In this document: one piece after another, positions 10,570-21,745 of the stretch
How positions within the stretch are numbered: position 1 is the stretch's first letter
How the letters are laid out: the number at the start of each line of letters is the position of its first letter
NCBI RefSeq assembly: GCF_006345805.1
Contig: NC_043014.1
Coordinates: forward strand, 12,214,001 to 12,278,000
Direction of reading: 5' to 3'
From: Octopus sinensis
Lineage: Eukaryota
DNA: 64,000 nt
Position numbers and translations under genes: made by a program
The notes under the pieces: generated by a model
What the model was told of the DNA's origin: nothing
Database searches by the model: none
The model's input: the letters and a program-made list of their open reading frames with translations, nothing else

Positions 10570-12320
10570 TATATTATGAAGTAAGGAAAAAAGAAAAATA
10601 TAAGCGTAGATGATCTTTTAATACAAAGTTAGTACAAATCCAATAAAGATTCTACAAGTTGTTTCCAAGCCTAATGAATTCCAAAACAAAACGAAAAAAT
10701 AATCCTTTTAAATCAAAATTAGGCTTTTATTCAGGAATTCATTATTAGAATGAATGGGTTCGACCAGCGAAAATATAAATACCTTTAATAGCCCAGAAAG
10801 GAACAAATAATTAAATTATGACAGAAGGAAATTACCCGAACGCCAGACCAATCAAAACCAGAAAAAAGCCCCAGAAAAAAATACATAAAATTCCACTTCA
10901 GCGTTGATTAAAATAACTATTCACAATATATAAATATTTGATAACGACGTTTACCATAAACGTCTAAGCTATACATAAAGTTAATGAAATAAATAATATA
11001 TTAGCCACTAAGAATTATAGAGTTAGCTAATTAAAAAATTAAAAACTAATATATTATCCACTAAATTTAAAACATATATATAAAAATATATATAAAAAAA
11101 TATGTGTAAAAAAATTTTCTAAGAAAATTTTATAAAAATTTTATAAAATTCACAAAATATTTTAAAGCTATAAATTATCCAAATCATAGGATTACGAAAT
11201 AAATTAAGAGCTTATTATCTAATGAATACTTATATTGTTTACTAAATTAGAGTAAATATATCAAAATCTATAAAATAACACTGGAAGGAATTCGCCTAAA
11301 AAATCAAAACAAAACATAATGGTAATGTAGAAAACCAAAACCAAAAAAAAGAAAAATAAGAGAGGAACCTACTTAAATATCAAATACAAAGGGTGAAACT
11401 GTCGTTATCAGGTCCAATACCTGGTAAATCAAAAATAAAATAAAATAAAATAAAACACCCATAACAGACTTACTTATTTATAATCATTAAACACACATTT
11501 ATCCCTATGAACACAGAATAAAGCCTCTTTCAGATTTTGAATTTAACAGCTTTCTTCTAGAAAATAAAATCAAAAATAATTCCCCAGAATAAAGAGACCA
11601 GAACATATTACCAATCTTATACGCCGGAGCCGTTCCTAAAATGTTCCATTCAAATAAAGAACATACTTAACTAAAATGGCCTTACTAAGTCTCCCCAAAT
11701 CAGATTTCCCAAGGCAGATCAAGCGCACTGTAGGGTTACTATAAAATTATCCTGATGGTCTTTTAAAATGAATCTAGGTCTTTTAGAAACAAATGGTCCA
11801 GTCCTATCATCCAGATGATAATCTTCCATAATACTTTTAGCAATTAAATTATTAGTCCTCAAAACATTCTTATCAGCTATTTTATATGCTTTGGTATTTT
11901 CATTTTTTTAATAGCTTGTGTTAGAGATTCACGTAAAGTTTATATAAGTTTCCAGTCTTATCAGAGTGAACAATGATGCATGCCTTTCTTCTTTCTCGGG
12001 TAAAAAACAATCGATTTCAATTTCAATAAATGTTTTCTACCCCTATGGGAGAATTTTAAAAACTTAATCTCTTTTGCCGATGTCACATAATTCACTTTCA
12101 GAACTAGTAAGATGACTGTTAAAATGCGGACATTTCGTAGTTTAAAAAATTTTCTTATATATATTTTCATTAACAACTTCTTGATCAATATCTGACGACT
12201 CAATCCTTCTATCGAAATAAAGTTTTCCATCTGAGTCTATGATTAAATTCAGTTGTTTTAATAACCAGGTCGTTCTGTTAAACATCCAAGTCCGCCGGTT
12301 CAATCCAAGCAAAGAATATA

Positions 12321-12383
<63 letters not shown>

Positions 12384-12490
12384 TTATATTTTTAAAAAAT
12401 TGTCACTTCAAATCGGAGAATATCTTTATGATATATATTATATACAGTTATAATACTGTAAGCCTTCCATTGTAGCTTTCTTTCCGTAAC
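10570..12490 (-). mobile_element. Decayed Penelope-like element
   Basis: Minus-strand PRFILKDHQDNF...RLICLGKSDLGRLSK resembles the PLE RT N-terminus (KDHKxNF..CRLINPxKSxLGxxSK). There is a hammerhead-like motif at the 3' end (10649-10738) and an inverted duplication of the 5' end. Confidence 0.7.
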
Positions 12491-12723
12491 TAGCAAAGCC
12501 TTTCGGGTTTGTTTATAAAAATATTATATATATATATACGGAAAGAAAGCTACAATGGAAGGCTCATAGTATTATAACTGTATATAATATATATCATAAA
12601 GATATTCTCCGATTTGAAGCGACAATTTTTTTTAGATATAAACATACATATATATATATATATATATATTCTTTGCTTGGATTGAACCGGCGGACTTGGA
12701 TGTTTAACAGAACGACCTGGTTA
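12261..12723. repeat. Long inverted repeat (arms about 190-230 bp, spacer about 48 bp)
   Basis: 12261-12488 is the reverse complement of 12537-12723, differing mainly in (TA)n length. Confidence 0.93.
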
Positions 12724-12927
12724 TGTTGATTCGCTAGCTTCTGCACGCATTTTTTTTCTCTCCTTGTTTCTCTCCGTGTTTCTTTTCTGTGTATCTTTCT
12801 GTTGAAGAGCGTAGGCTCGAAACGTAAAAGACTTGTTTTATTTCTATTCCTGAGCGCCATACTAATACAATTGTTTGTTTGTATTCCACCTGCCTTCGTC
12901 TTTTGTTTATTTTCATAAAGCTTCCCG

Positions 12928-12975
<48 letters not shown>

Positions 12976-13546
12976 ATACCCCTTAGGCATTGGGATGCTA
13001 ATAACCTGGTGTAGAACTCAATACAGATATGATTTTGAACGAAGCGTTTCTCAAATACAAAGCGGAAATAAGAAGGGAAATGGGAAAAGAATAAATCATT
13101 ATCTTACGACCTTCATTTGCGTACAGCTGTTTCAGATTCATAGCTGAGTCCCTGCGTAACACCTTACAGTTTCATCAGAGCTTCAAAAGATGACTCTACT
13201 GCACTTTATGGTGGAAACAGCCGTAAGCTAACGAAGTTCCTAAGATAATCCTTTACCGTTTTATCATTTCCTTTCTTTTTTTTTATGTAGATTTCGAATT
13301 GTCGCTTTTGGTTGAATGAATGAAAGTCTAAAGTTAAATTTGGTTTGGCGTTTCTTTTTGTTAGTGTTTCTTTTTTGTTTGGTGTTTCTTTTTGTTAGCG
13401 TTCTTTAATAGTTAAAGAATTTTTTCAGATGTTCAGTTAGAATTTCACCAATTTGGATTACCTTGATAATGTTGTGGTGACATAAATTTTCGTACATATT
13501 ATTATTACTTTTAATTATATCCTATATATACATACATACATACATA

Positions 13547-13604
<58 letters not shown>

Positions 13605-13879
13605 GTAAAAAAATACAAACTGTGACAAGAACGCAAAACATTTAGAAGACGATGCAAAAAACACGGACGGGACATTCGAAGCCTTCAATCTTCAGTCAAG
13701 AACCGGATCATCCTTGCAATTTCGGCTGATTAATCTTGAGATTGCTCCGATCTGGCCATCCCCAAGGAAAATCTAAGCTAAGCGCATTAGATTCCTTGGA
13801 AAAAAACCTCGATGGCCCCAAAGTAGGTTTACAGTTATTCAACTCTCACTTTCGCATTCATATATTAACAGTTTAGATC

Positions 13880-16065
13880 TAACTTGCCCAAGGTTCCACG
13901 CAGTGGGACAGAACCCAGAACCATGTGGTTGGTAAGCAGCTACTTACCACACAGTCACTCCTACGCCTTCCCCAGGCGTGGCTTTATAGTCACAGTCGTG
14001 GCTGTTTAGTCAAGAAGCTTGCTTCCCAGCCATGTGGTCATGAGTTCAGTTCCACTGTGTGGCACCTCGGGCAAATGTCTTCTATTATAGCCCCGGGCCT
14101 ACCAAAGCCTATGGGTGGATTCGGTAGACGGAAACTGTGTGGAAGTCCTTCATATAGATATGTGTGTGCGTGTGTGTGTATCTGTGTATGTGTGTGTGTA
14201 TCTGTCTATGTAAGTGTATGTGTGTCGTTGTGTTAGTGTTATGTTCGTCCCCTAACACCGCTTGGTTTTGGTTTGTATGCGTCCCTGTAGCTTTGCTGTT
14301 CGATAAAAGAGACAAACTTAAAAAATAGGTTCAGAGATCGATTTGTTCACCTAAACACCTCAAGGCAGCGCCCCGTGGTTGGAGTTCAGTAACTGAAACG
14401 CCGAAATTTTGGCACAAGCTCAGCAATTTCGGGTGAGGTGGGTAAGTCGATTACATGGACGCCCAGTGCTCTACTGGTACTTATTTTATGGACACCGAAA
14501 GGATGAAAAGTAAAGTCGATCTCTGCTGAATTTGAACTCAGACTGTAAAGACAGATGAAATGCCACTCAGCATTTTGCTCGCCTTGCTAACGATTCTGCC
14601 AGCTCGCCGCCCTACACACACCAAAAATATTATTTCCTACTCTAGGCACAAGGTCCCAAATTTTGGGGAGGGCTCCAGTCGATTAGATCTACCCCAGTAC
14701 GCAACTGGTACTTAATTTATCGACCCCGAGTGGGTGAAAGGCAAAGTCGACCTCGGCGGAATTTGAACTCAGAACGTAGAGACAGGCGAAATACCGCTAA
14801 GCATTTTCCCGGCGTGCTAACGATTCTTATTTCTTTATTGCCCTCAAGGGGCTAAACATAGAGGGGACAAACAAGGACAGACAAAGGGATTAAGTCGATT
14901 ACATAGACTCCAGTGCGTAACTGGTACTTAATTTATCGACCCCGAAAGATTGAAAGGCAAAGTCGACCTCGGCGGAATTTGAACTCAGAACGTATTGGCA
15001 GACGAAATATCACTAAGCATTTCGCCCGGCGTGCTAACGATTCTGCCAGCTCAATGATGTCAAGTTGGAATACATCTCTCTGAACAAAGACAATTTTCAG
15101 GCCTGTATCTGATCAGTCAACGCCTTCTAAATTCTATGGCCATATTCACGTGATCACGTGACCGACCAGTCCATCAGATGTAGTTACACATCGCTGGTCA
15201 CAATGCGTTCGCATTGTTTTAGCCTTCAAATGACGCCACCCCGCTGGCTAAGCGAGCAGGCCAAAAGACGAAAGAGTGGTGAAAGAGTACAGAAGGGATC
15301 ACCACCTCCTGCCAGAGCGTCGTGGAGCTTTTAGGTGTTTTCGCTCAATAAACATACACAACGCCCGGTCTGGGAATCGAAACCGCGATCCTACGACCGC
15401 GAGTCCGCTGCCCTAACCACTGAGCCATTGCGCCTCCACATGGCCATATTATAACCTTATATCCTACTTCAGTATTTAAATTGGATTTTAATAGTTTCAA
15501 ATTTTGGCACAAGGCCAGTAATTTTAAAGGAGTGGTAAGGACGTCTTCCGACACGCAAACGATTCTGCCAGCTCGCTGCCTTACTGTTCCAGATTTTAGC
15601 ACAAGGCCAGCAATTGTTAGGGAGAGGCATAGCCAATCATATCGACCTGCGGAACTTGATTGGCGCCTTATTTTATCGACTCCGAAATGAGGAAAGGCAA
15701 AGCTGACCTCGGTGGGATTAGAACTCAGATGCGTTAAGTGTCTTCTGCTATAGCCCCGGGCCGACCAATACCTTGTGAGTGGATTTGGTAGACGGAAACT
15801 GAAAGAAGCCTGTCGTATATATGTATATGTATGTGTGAGGTTTGTGTGTCTGTGTTTGTCCCTCTAGCATTGCTTGACAAACGATGCTGGTGTGTTTACG
15901 TCCCCGTAACTTAGCGGTTCGGCAAAAGACACCGATAGAATAAGAACTGGGCTTACAAAAAGAATAAGTCCTGGGGTCGATTTGCCCGACTAAAAAGGCG
16001 GTGCTCCAGCATGGCCGCAGTCAAATGACTGAAACAAGTAAAAGAGTAAAAAGAGTAAAAAGAGT
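13880..16065. mobile_element. SINE cluster: B(-) 13880-13965, B(+) 13995-14400, A(-) 14400-14610, A(-) 14645-14825, A(-) 14826-15053, C(-) 15146-15438, A fragments 15500-15730, B 3' part (+) 15735-16065
   Basis: Each block matches a family consensus seen elsewhere in the window. Confidence 0.85.
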
Positions 16066-16317
16066 ATAAAAGCAAAAAAATACTTCCAGAAATCCTAGAA
16101 GGTAGTCTCCCTATCTTTCTATCTATTTCAAGATGAAGTCCATCTTCTGACTAATTAATTCTAGTTGCTGTGAAGTTTTTCCCAGTTAAGTTTTGACTGA
16201 GAACGTTTTAATAGACACGAGATAACAGTTACCGCCATCGTTTCATTGTCTCTTCATGTGCTCTTTTTCTTTCAACACGCTTTAATCAGACTTCATCATC
16301 CCCCCCGTCTGCCTCCT

Positions 16318-16618
16318 CTTGTTGTTGTTGTCGTTGTTGTTGTTGTGTTGTTGTTGTTGTTGTTGTTGTTGTTCTTCTTCTTCTTCTTCTTCTTCTTCTT
16401 CTTCTTCTTCTTCTTCGTCTTCGTCTTCTTCTTCGTCTTCTTTTTCGTCTTCTTCTTCTCTTCTTCTTCTTCTTCTTCGTCTTTTTATTATTATTATTAT
16501 TATCATAGTCTTCATGTCTATCCATCAACAATCAACTTTCAACGGTTAAAACAGCACGCACGCACGCACGCACGCACGCTCACACACACACACACACACT
16601 CACACACACACACACGCA

Positions 16619-16677
<59 letters not shown>

Positions 16678-16700
16678 TCCTCTTCTTCTTCTTCTTCTTC
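16318..16700. repeat. Compound (TTG)n(TTC)n(TTA)n, (GCAC)n and (CA)n microsatellite
   Basis: Visible directly. Confidence 0.95.
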
Positions 16701-17189
16701 AGATTTTAATAGTTTTAATAGGCGTTGGCTAAGTAATTTCTCCATCCCTTGATGAGGTTTTTCATTGGATCGGAATCGTTAAATAAGACAAAGTTAATAA
16801 AAGGAAGTGATACGAAGCATCCCCGCCACAAGCACCCCCACAAAACAAAAACAAAAAACAATCAAACAAAATAGCCTAAGAAAACAAACAAAACAAATAC
16901 TATAAAAACAAAAAAGGAAAGAAAACAAAATCCCGGCTTTTGGATAAAGATTTGGCTGGCTACGACTTGAAACTGCCATTAAACTCACTCTGTAGGATGT
17001 ATATAACAACACTTAATTTAAAAAGAAACGTGAGTGTCAGAATGGTTTGAATTTGATAAATCTGGTGTCTATTCATTTCTTTATTATTTTCTTTTCGGTA
17101 AAAGCAGCATCGAAAGCAATTTTCTGCATCATTTCAATCATTTTGTTCAAACACTTCCTTGTTTTTTTTTCCTTACTTCCTTAACCCTT

Positions 17190-17199
17190 TATCTCTCTT

Positions 17200-17250
<51 letters not shown>

Positions 17251-17850
17251 TTCCACTTTATCTCCACTCTATCTCTATCGCTGTCTGGCTGTCTCAGTAT
17301 CTATTTCTCTCTCTCTCTCTCTATCTGTCTTTCTTTCTCTCTTCCTATCTCTATCTACTCGTCCCTCTATCTCTATTGCTGTCTGACTGCCTCTGTGTCT
17401 ATTTTTCTATCAGTCTTTTTCTCTCCCTCTCTCAATCTACACTTCCTTCTATCTCCATCGCTGTCTGACTGCCTTTGTATCTGTCTATCTCCCCCCTCTA
17501 TCTTTCTCTTTCTCTCTCTCCCTCTCTCTGCCCGTCGTCTGCTTTCCTTTGTGCACCAGTTGCTCGTAAACTGCGTTCATTATTTCGGAAGAAAGATTCG
17601 AGTCTATCCTAAGTGTATTTGTGCGTGCGTATGTGTGTATGTGTATGTGTATGTATGCATGCATGTATGTATGTATGTATGTATGTATGTATGTATGTAT
17701 GTATGATGTATGTATGTATGTATGTATGTACACATGAATGTGTGTATGTATGTACGTATGTATGTATGTATGTATGTATGTATGTATGTATGTATGTATG
17801 TATGTATGTATGTATGTATGTATGTATGTATGTATGTACGTACGTATGAA
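17190..17850. repeat. (CT)n-rich low-complexity region and (TATG)n microsatellite
   Basis: Visible directly. Confidence 0.9.
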
Positions 17851-18373
17851 TGTGAAGCACCATCAACTGTAAATTATTCTTTACCTAATGACACACTACT
17901 GGATTGTGGGATATGATAAAAGTGCAGACACCCGGAAAGAGACGTTAAGTTTCCCACGAGCTAAATCCACAATGCCACAGGTTCGATTCCAGGTTAAGCA
18001 ATTTCTACAACATTTTCCTTCATTTAGTTAGTATAAGGGCCAGTTTAACCCTTTGCTTCTCCTGTGTGTCTCATGTGGTGCACAGGACATTTTTTCTTGT
18101 TGTCCACACACCATATATGGTACACATTCCAATATTTTTTCGACCATTTGAGTAACTTGGGACAAATGAAAGAAAAGCTTTATATTTGTCAGAACATATT
18201 ACACAAGAGTTAACCAAAAGTCTGTGGAGAAGCAAGGACATTTAGGGAGTTGGGAAATTTCTGCGCTATTTTCCTCCATTTAGTCCGTATAAAGGCTAGT
18301 TTAATCCTGCCCTGTGTATCACATGTGATACACAGGACATACTTCCCTGGTATCCCTGTATCATATATGAAAC

Positions 18374-18536
18374 TGTTGTGTGGACGCCCTCAGACGATGA
18401 AGTAGACTAGCCCAATACGTAAATATAGAGGGAGAAGTCTAGACGTCGGACTAGAGTCGAGAACAGTTGAGTAGTAGAGAGTAGCATTCGGAGAGAGTAG
18501 AGTTGAGTAGAGGTCATCCGAACGTGCGACATAACA
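18374..18536. mobile_element. Tiny solo-LTR-like element (163 bp) with 5-bp TSD
   Basis: TGTTGTG...ATAACA termini with a GAAAC duplication on both sides; homologous to 55893-56045 in the opposite orientation. Confidence 0.82.
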
Positions 18537-18822
18537 GAAACACATTCCCATTTTTTTCAGCCATGTGAGTAACATGGGGCCTATGAAAGAAAAGCTTTAT
18601 ATTTCTCAGAACATTTGAAATGAGAGTTAATCAACAGTCTGAAGACAAGCATGGACGTTTAGGGAAAATTTCTGGAAACGAATTTGGACGGGCAAACGAT
18701 TAAGGGCTTAGAGACATCAGCAAGGACATCTGCTTATTATTAACCCTTTACCAGCCCAAGTATTCCATATGATACACAGAACATATTTCCCTGGTGTCCA
18801 TACATCATATATGATACACATT

Positions 18823-18991
18823 AGGCGCAGGAGTGGCTGTGTGGTAAGTAGCTTGCTTACCAACCACGTGGTTCTGGGTTCAGTCCCACTGTGTGGCACC
18901 TTGGACAAGGGTCTTCTACTATAGCCTCGGGCCGACCAAAGCTTTGTGAGTGGATTTGGTAGACAGGAAACTGAAAGAAGCCCGTTGAATG

Positions 18992-19047
<56 letters not shown>

Positions 19048-19282
19048 GTGTGTGTGTTGTGTGTGTGTGTGTGTGTGTATGTTTGTGCGTCTGTGTTTGT
19101 CCCCCCCAACATCGCTTCACAACCGATGCTGGTGTGTTTACGTCCCCGTAACTTAGCGGTTCGGCAAAAGTGATCGATAGAATAAGTACTAGGCTTACAA
19201 AGAATAAGTCCTGGGGTCGATTCGCTAGACTAAAGGCGGTGATCCAGCATGGCCACAGTCAAATGACTGAAACAAGTAAAAG
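18823..19282 (+). mobile_element. SINE family B, full length
   Basis: Matches the family consensus. Confidence 0.92.
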
Positions 19283-19585
19283 CGTATTACCGATTTCTCC
19301 AACTTGGAGCTTATGTCAGGGAAGCTTATATCATTCAGAATGTATGGAAGCAAAGGCAAAAGAAAAATGCCTGAAAAGAAGTGTGGATGTTAAGGATAAA
19401 CATATAAAAATATTTTGGACAGGTAAAGGATTAAGGGATTTTAGAGACACCAGCTGGAACCTCTGCTTATTATTAATCCTTTGCCTGTTCTGTGTATCGC
19501 ATGAGACACACAAGACATATTTCTTTGGCGTCAATGTATCGTATATAATACACATTCCCAATTTTTTCAAGCACCGAAGTAACCT

Positions 19586-19969
19586 GCACTAATTTTGGCA
19601 ATACATGTACTAAAATTGTGGAGGCGCGTGGCTTAGTGGTTAGGGTGTCAGCAGCATGATCGTAAGATTGTGGTTTCGATTCCTGGACCGTGCGATGCAT
19701 TATGTTCTTGAGCAAATCACTTCATTTCATGTTGCTCCTGTCCACTCAGCTGTCAAAAATGAGTAACGCTGCGATGGACTGGCGTCCCGTCCAACTGGGG
19801 AACATACACCATTGAAACCGGGAAACCGGGCCCATGAGCCTGGTTAGGCTTTAAAAGGGCGCATTTATTTATTTTTATGTTCTAAAATTGGAACGACACA
19901 GAGAAAAGAAGATTTGCATGGACCCTGCGCAAGGATAACAGGCAAAGTTGTGAAACGTTCTATATTTTT
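19586..19969 (+). pseudogene. U6: U6 snRNA retropseudogene, full length, split by a SINE
   Basis: 5' part GCACTAATTTTGGCAATACATGTACTAAAATTG (19586-19618). 3' part CTAAAATTGGAACGACACAGAGA..AGATTTGCATGGACCCTGCGCAAGGATAACAGGCAAAGTTGTGAAACGTTCTATATTTTT (19882-19969). Collinear with the metazoan U6 consensus, including the ACAGAGA box. Confidence 0.92.
19619..19876 (+). mobile_element. CORE-type SINE family D (head D + tail Z) inserted in U6
   Basis: tRNA-like head and CORE-like TTCTTGAGCAAATCACTT..CTCAGCTGTCAAAAATGAG. TSD ATGT(A/T)CTAAAATTG at 19605-19618 and 19877-19890. Confidence 0.9.
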
Positions 19970-19970
19970 G

Positions 19971-20296
19971 GTGAAGGCGTGTGAGTTTAGTGGTTAGGGT
20001 ATTCAGTTCACGATCGTTAGGTCGCGAGTTCAACACCCGGTGGCGCGTTGTGTCCTGGAGCAGTAGACTTTATTTCAAGTTACTTCAGGCCACTCAGCAG
20101 GTAACAATGAGTAATGCCTGTATTTCGAATGGCCAGCCTTGTAACATTCTGTGTCACGCTGGATCTTCCCGAGAACTACATTAAGGATACGCATGTCTGT
20201 GGGGTTCTCAGCCATTTGCACGTTAATTTCCCGAGCAGGCTGTTCCATTGATCAAGTCAACTGCAACACTCGTCATCCTAACCGACGGAGTGCCAG
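19971..20296 (+). mobile_element. CORE-type SINE family D (head D + tail X) fused to the U6 3' end
   Basis: Starts 1-2 nt after the U6 T-tract; homologous to 57882-58206. Confidence 0.88.
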
Positions 20297-20333
20297 ATTA
20301 AAGTATCTTGGGACTTATGAAAGGAAAGCTTTA

Positions 20334-20883
20334 TCTGTATATATAAAAGGCAGGATGCGTGTGTGTGTGTGTACGTGAATGTAATTTATGCACGTCCACA
20401 AATTAGCACGCATGTCGCTCCAATTTTAGGAGGACATTCGTTATGATCCTAGCTGTATTTTCGTCAACTTATTTTTCCCAGAGGCACCAGCGAATAGCAG
20501 TAAAAATATATTTTCAACAATTTTCAAGTCGGCTTTTAACAATTTTCAAGTCGGAGAAATCACCATTGTTTGCAAACAGAAGTTAAGTCCCCGTCTAGCG
20601 ACGAGTAAGTTTTTGTTAAGACTTTTGTTGGTTTTTTCTATCGAGGAAAAAAGTGTTTTGTTGATATACGGGCAACACAAACACACACGAACGTATATGC
20701 GTACTAAAAACATGTATGCAATAGGTGTACGTACGTACGTGTGTGTATGTGTGTGTGTGTGTTGCCCATATATATATATATATATAAACCAATTTCAACG
20801 GATTTCGTCCAAATTTGACGTCGATGTTACTTAGTTTGGTTTGAAATAAAGAACTTGATTAGCTTAATAATCCTAAGTACTAG
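20334..20883 (+). mobile_element. Non-autonomous Helitron-like insertion(s)
   Basis: A|TCTGTATATATAAAAG start and CTAG at 20880-20883. The host MITE sequence resumes immediately afterwards. Confidence 0.6.
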
Positions 20884-21164
20884 AACGCATGAAAGAAGGG
20901 CTAACTAATCGGTGGAAAACACGTATGACTGTTTAGGACAAACTTATGGAAATGCTTTGGACAGGCAAAGGGTGAAGTTAAACTGTATGTTTGGAGACTG
21001 TTTTAGCGTTTGCGGTTGGGGAATATGGGTAACCATATCACCCAACAACTGTTATGAGGCATATTGTTATATCTAAAATGGTTACTGAACCAGAGTGAAT
21101 AAAAAATAATTTTCACATGAAATGTTATAGTGATAAAATGATACTGTTTATGCCAGGCCAACCA

Positions 21165-21745
21165 TGATAAAGCAGATTCCTGATCAAAGGCATTCCATTC
21201 ATGACAATCCTAATTAGAGGACTGTTTATCGCTAATTTTACCAGTTTAAGCTAACATGTTGTGGCTACGTCAGTAACTCATTGATCTTGATCAATAACTA
21301 AGGTTTGATTCACAGATTTTTTGTTGTTGTCTCTATCCAAGAGGTTTATTATCAAAAACTTTCTAGCCAAGATAATCTCGTCTTTTTCTCTTGAGAGAAT
21401 GTGCCAAGAACCATATTGTCATTTGTGCACTTTATTATTTAAGACGATTAAGTGTGTGATTTGAGGACTGTTTGTAGCTAATTTTACCAGTCTAAACAAA
21501 CATGTAGCTACGTCAGCAAGTCATTGAGCCTGAGTTATTTTTGTTTCAACCAAGGAAAAGCCTTGAACGAGCAAATCTACGAGTTAAAGAATTCCAGCTG
21601 TGATCATCTCGTCTGTTGAGAGGTATCTTGGGTTACATTACTTAACACACCCTTTCCTAACTTTGGACGATTAAGTGTGATTCAAGGAAAATTTGACTAT
21701 TAATTCTAGCAGGTTGAACAACTGAGGAGATGCTCTCTTATTTTG
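21165..21745 (+). repeat. Three head-to-tail diverged copies of a ~200-bp dispersed repeat
   Basis: Recurring motifs ..GATCAAAGGCATTCCA.CCATGAC.ATC and TGATTTGAGG..TTTG..GCTA.TT.TA.CAG. Also present near 1525-1720, 22580-22790, 58670-58800 and 60180-60245. Confidence 0.65.

Larger units (their letters stand above)
18045..20976 (+). mobile_element. Tandem array of four diverged TTAA-bounded MITE-like units (piggyBac-like ends) carrying nested insertions
   Basis: Units start TTAA-C/TCCTTT at 18045, 18301, 18740 and 19473, and end TTGGAC(A/G)GG(C/T)AAA..TTAA at 18703, 19434 and 20976. They share the internal motif CACATTCC..GAGTAACTTGGG..ATGAAAGAAAAGCTTTAT. Confidence 0.75.

Noticed and set aside
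10900-11400. Strong G depletion suggesting deaminase hypermutation
   Set aside because: It is explained equally well by the T-rich 3' region of the minus-strand PLE, and there is no consensus available to test against.
19586-19969. Functional U6 gene
   Set aside because: It has many substitutions and a small insertion after ACAGAGA, is interrupted by a SINE, and its upstream flank is MITE sequence rather than PSE/TATA.
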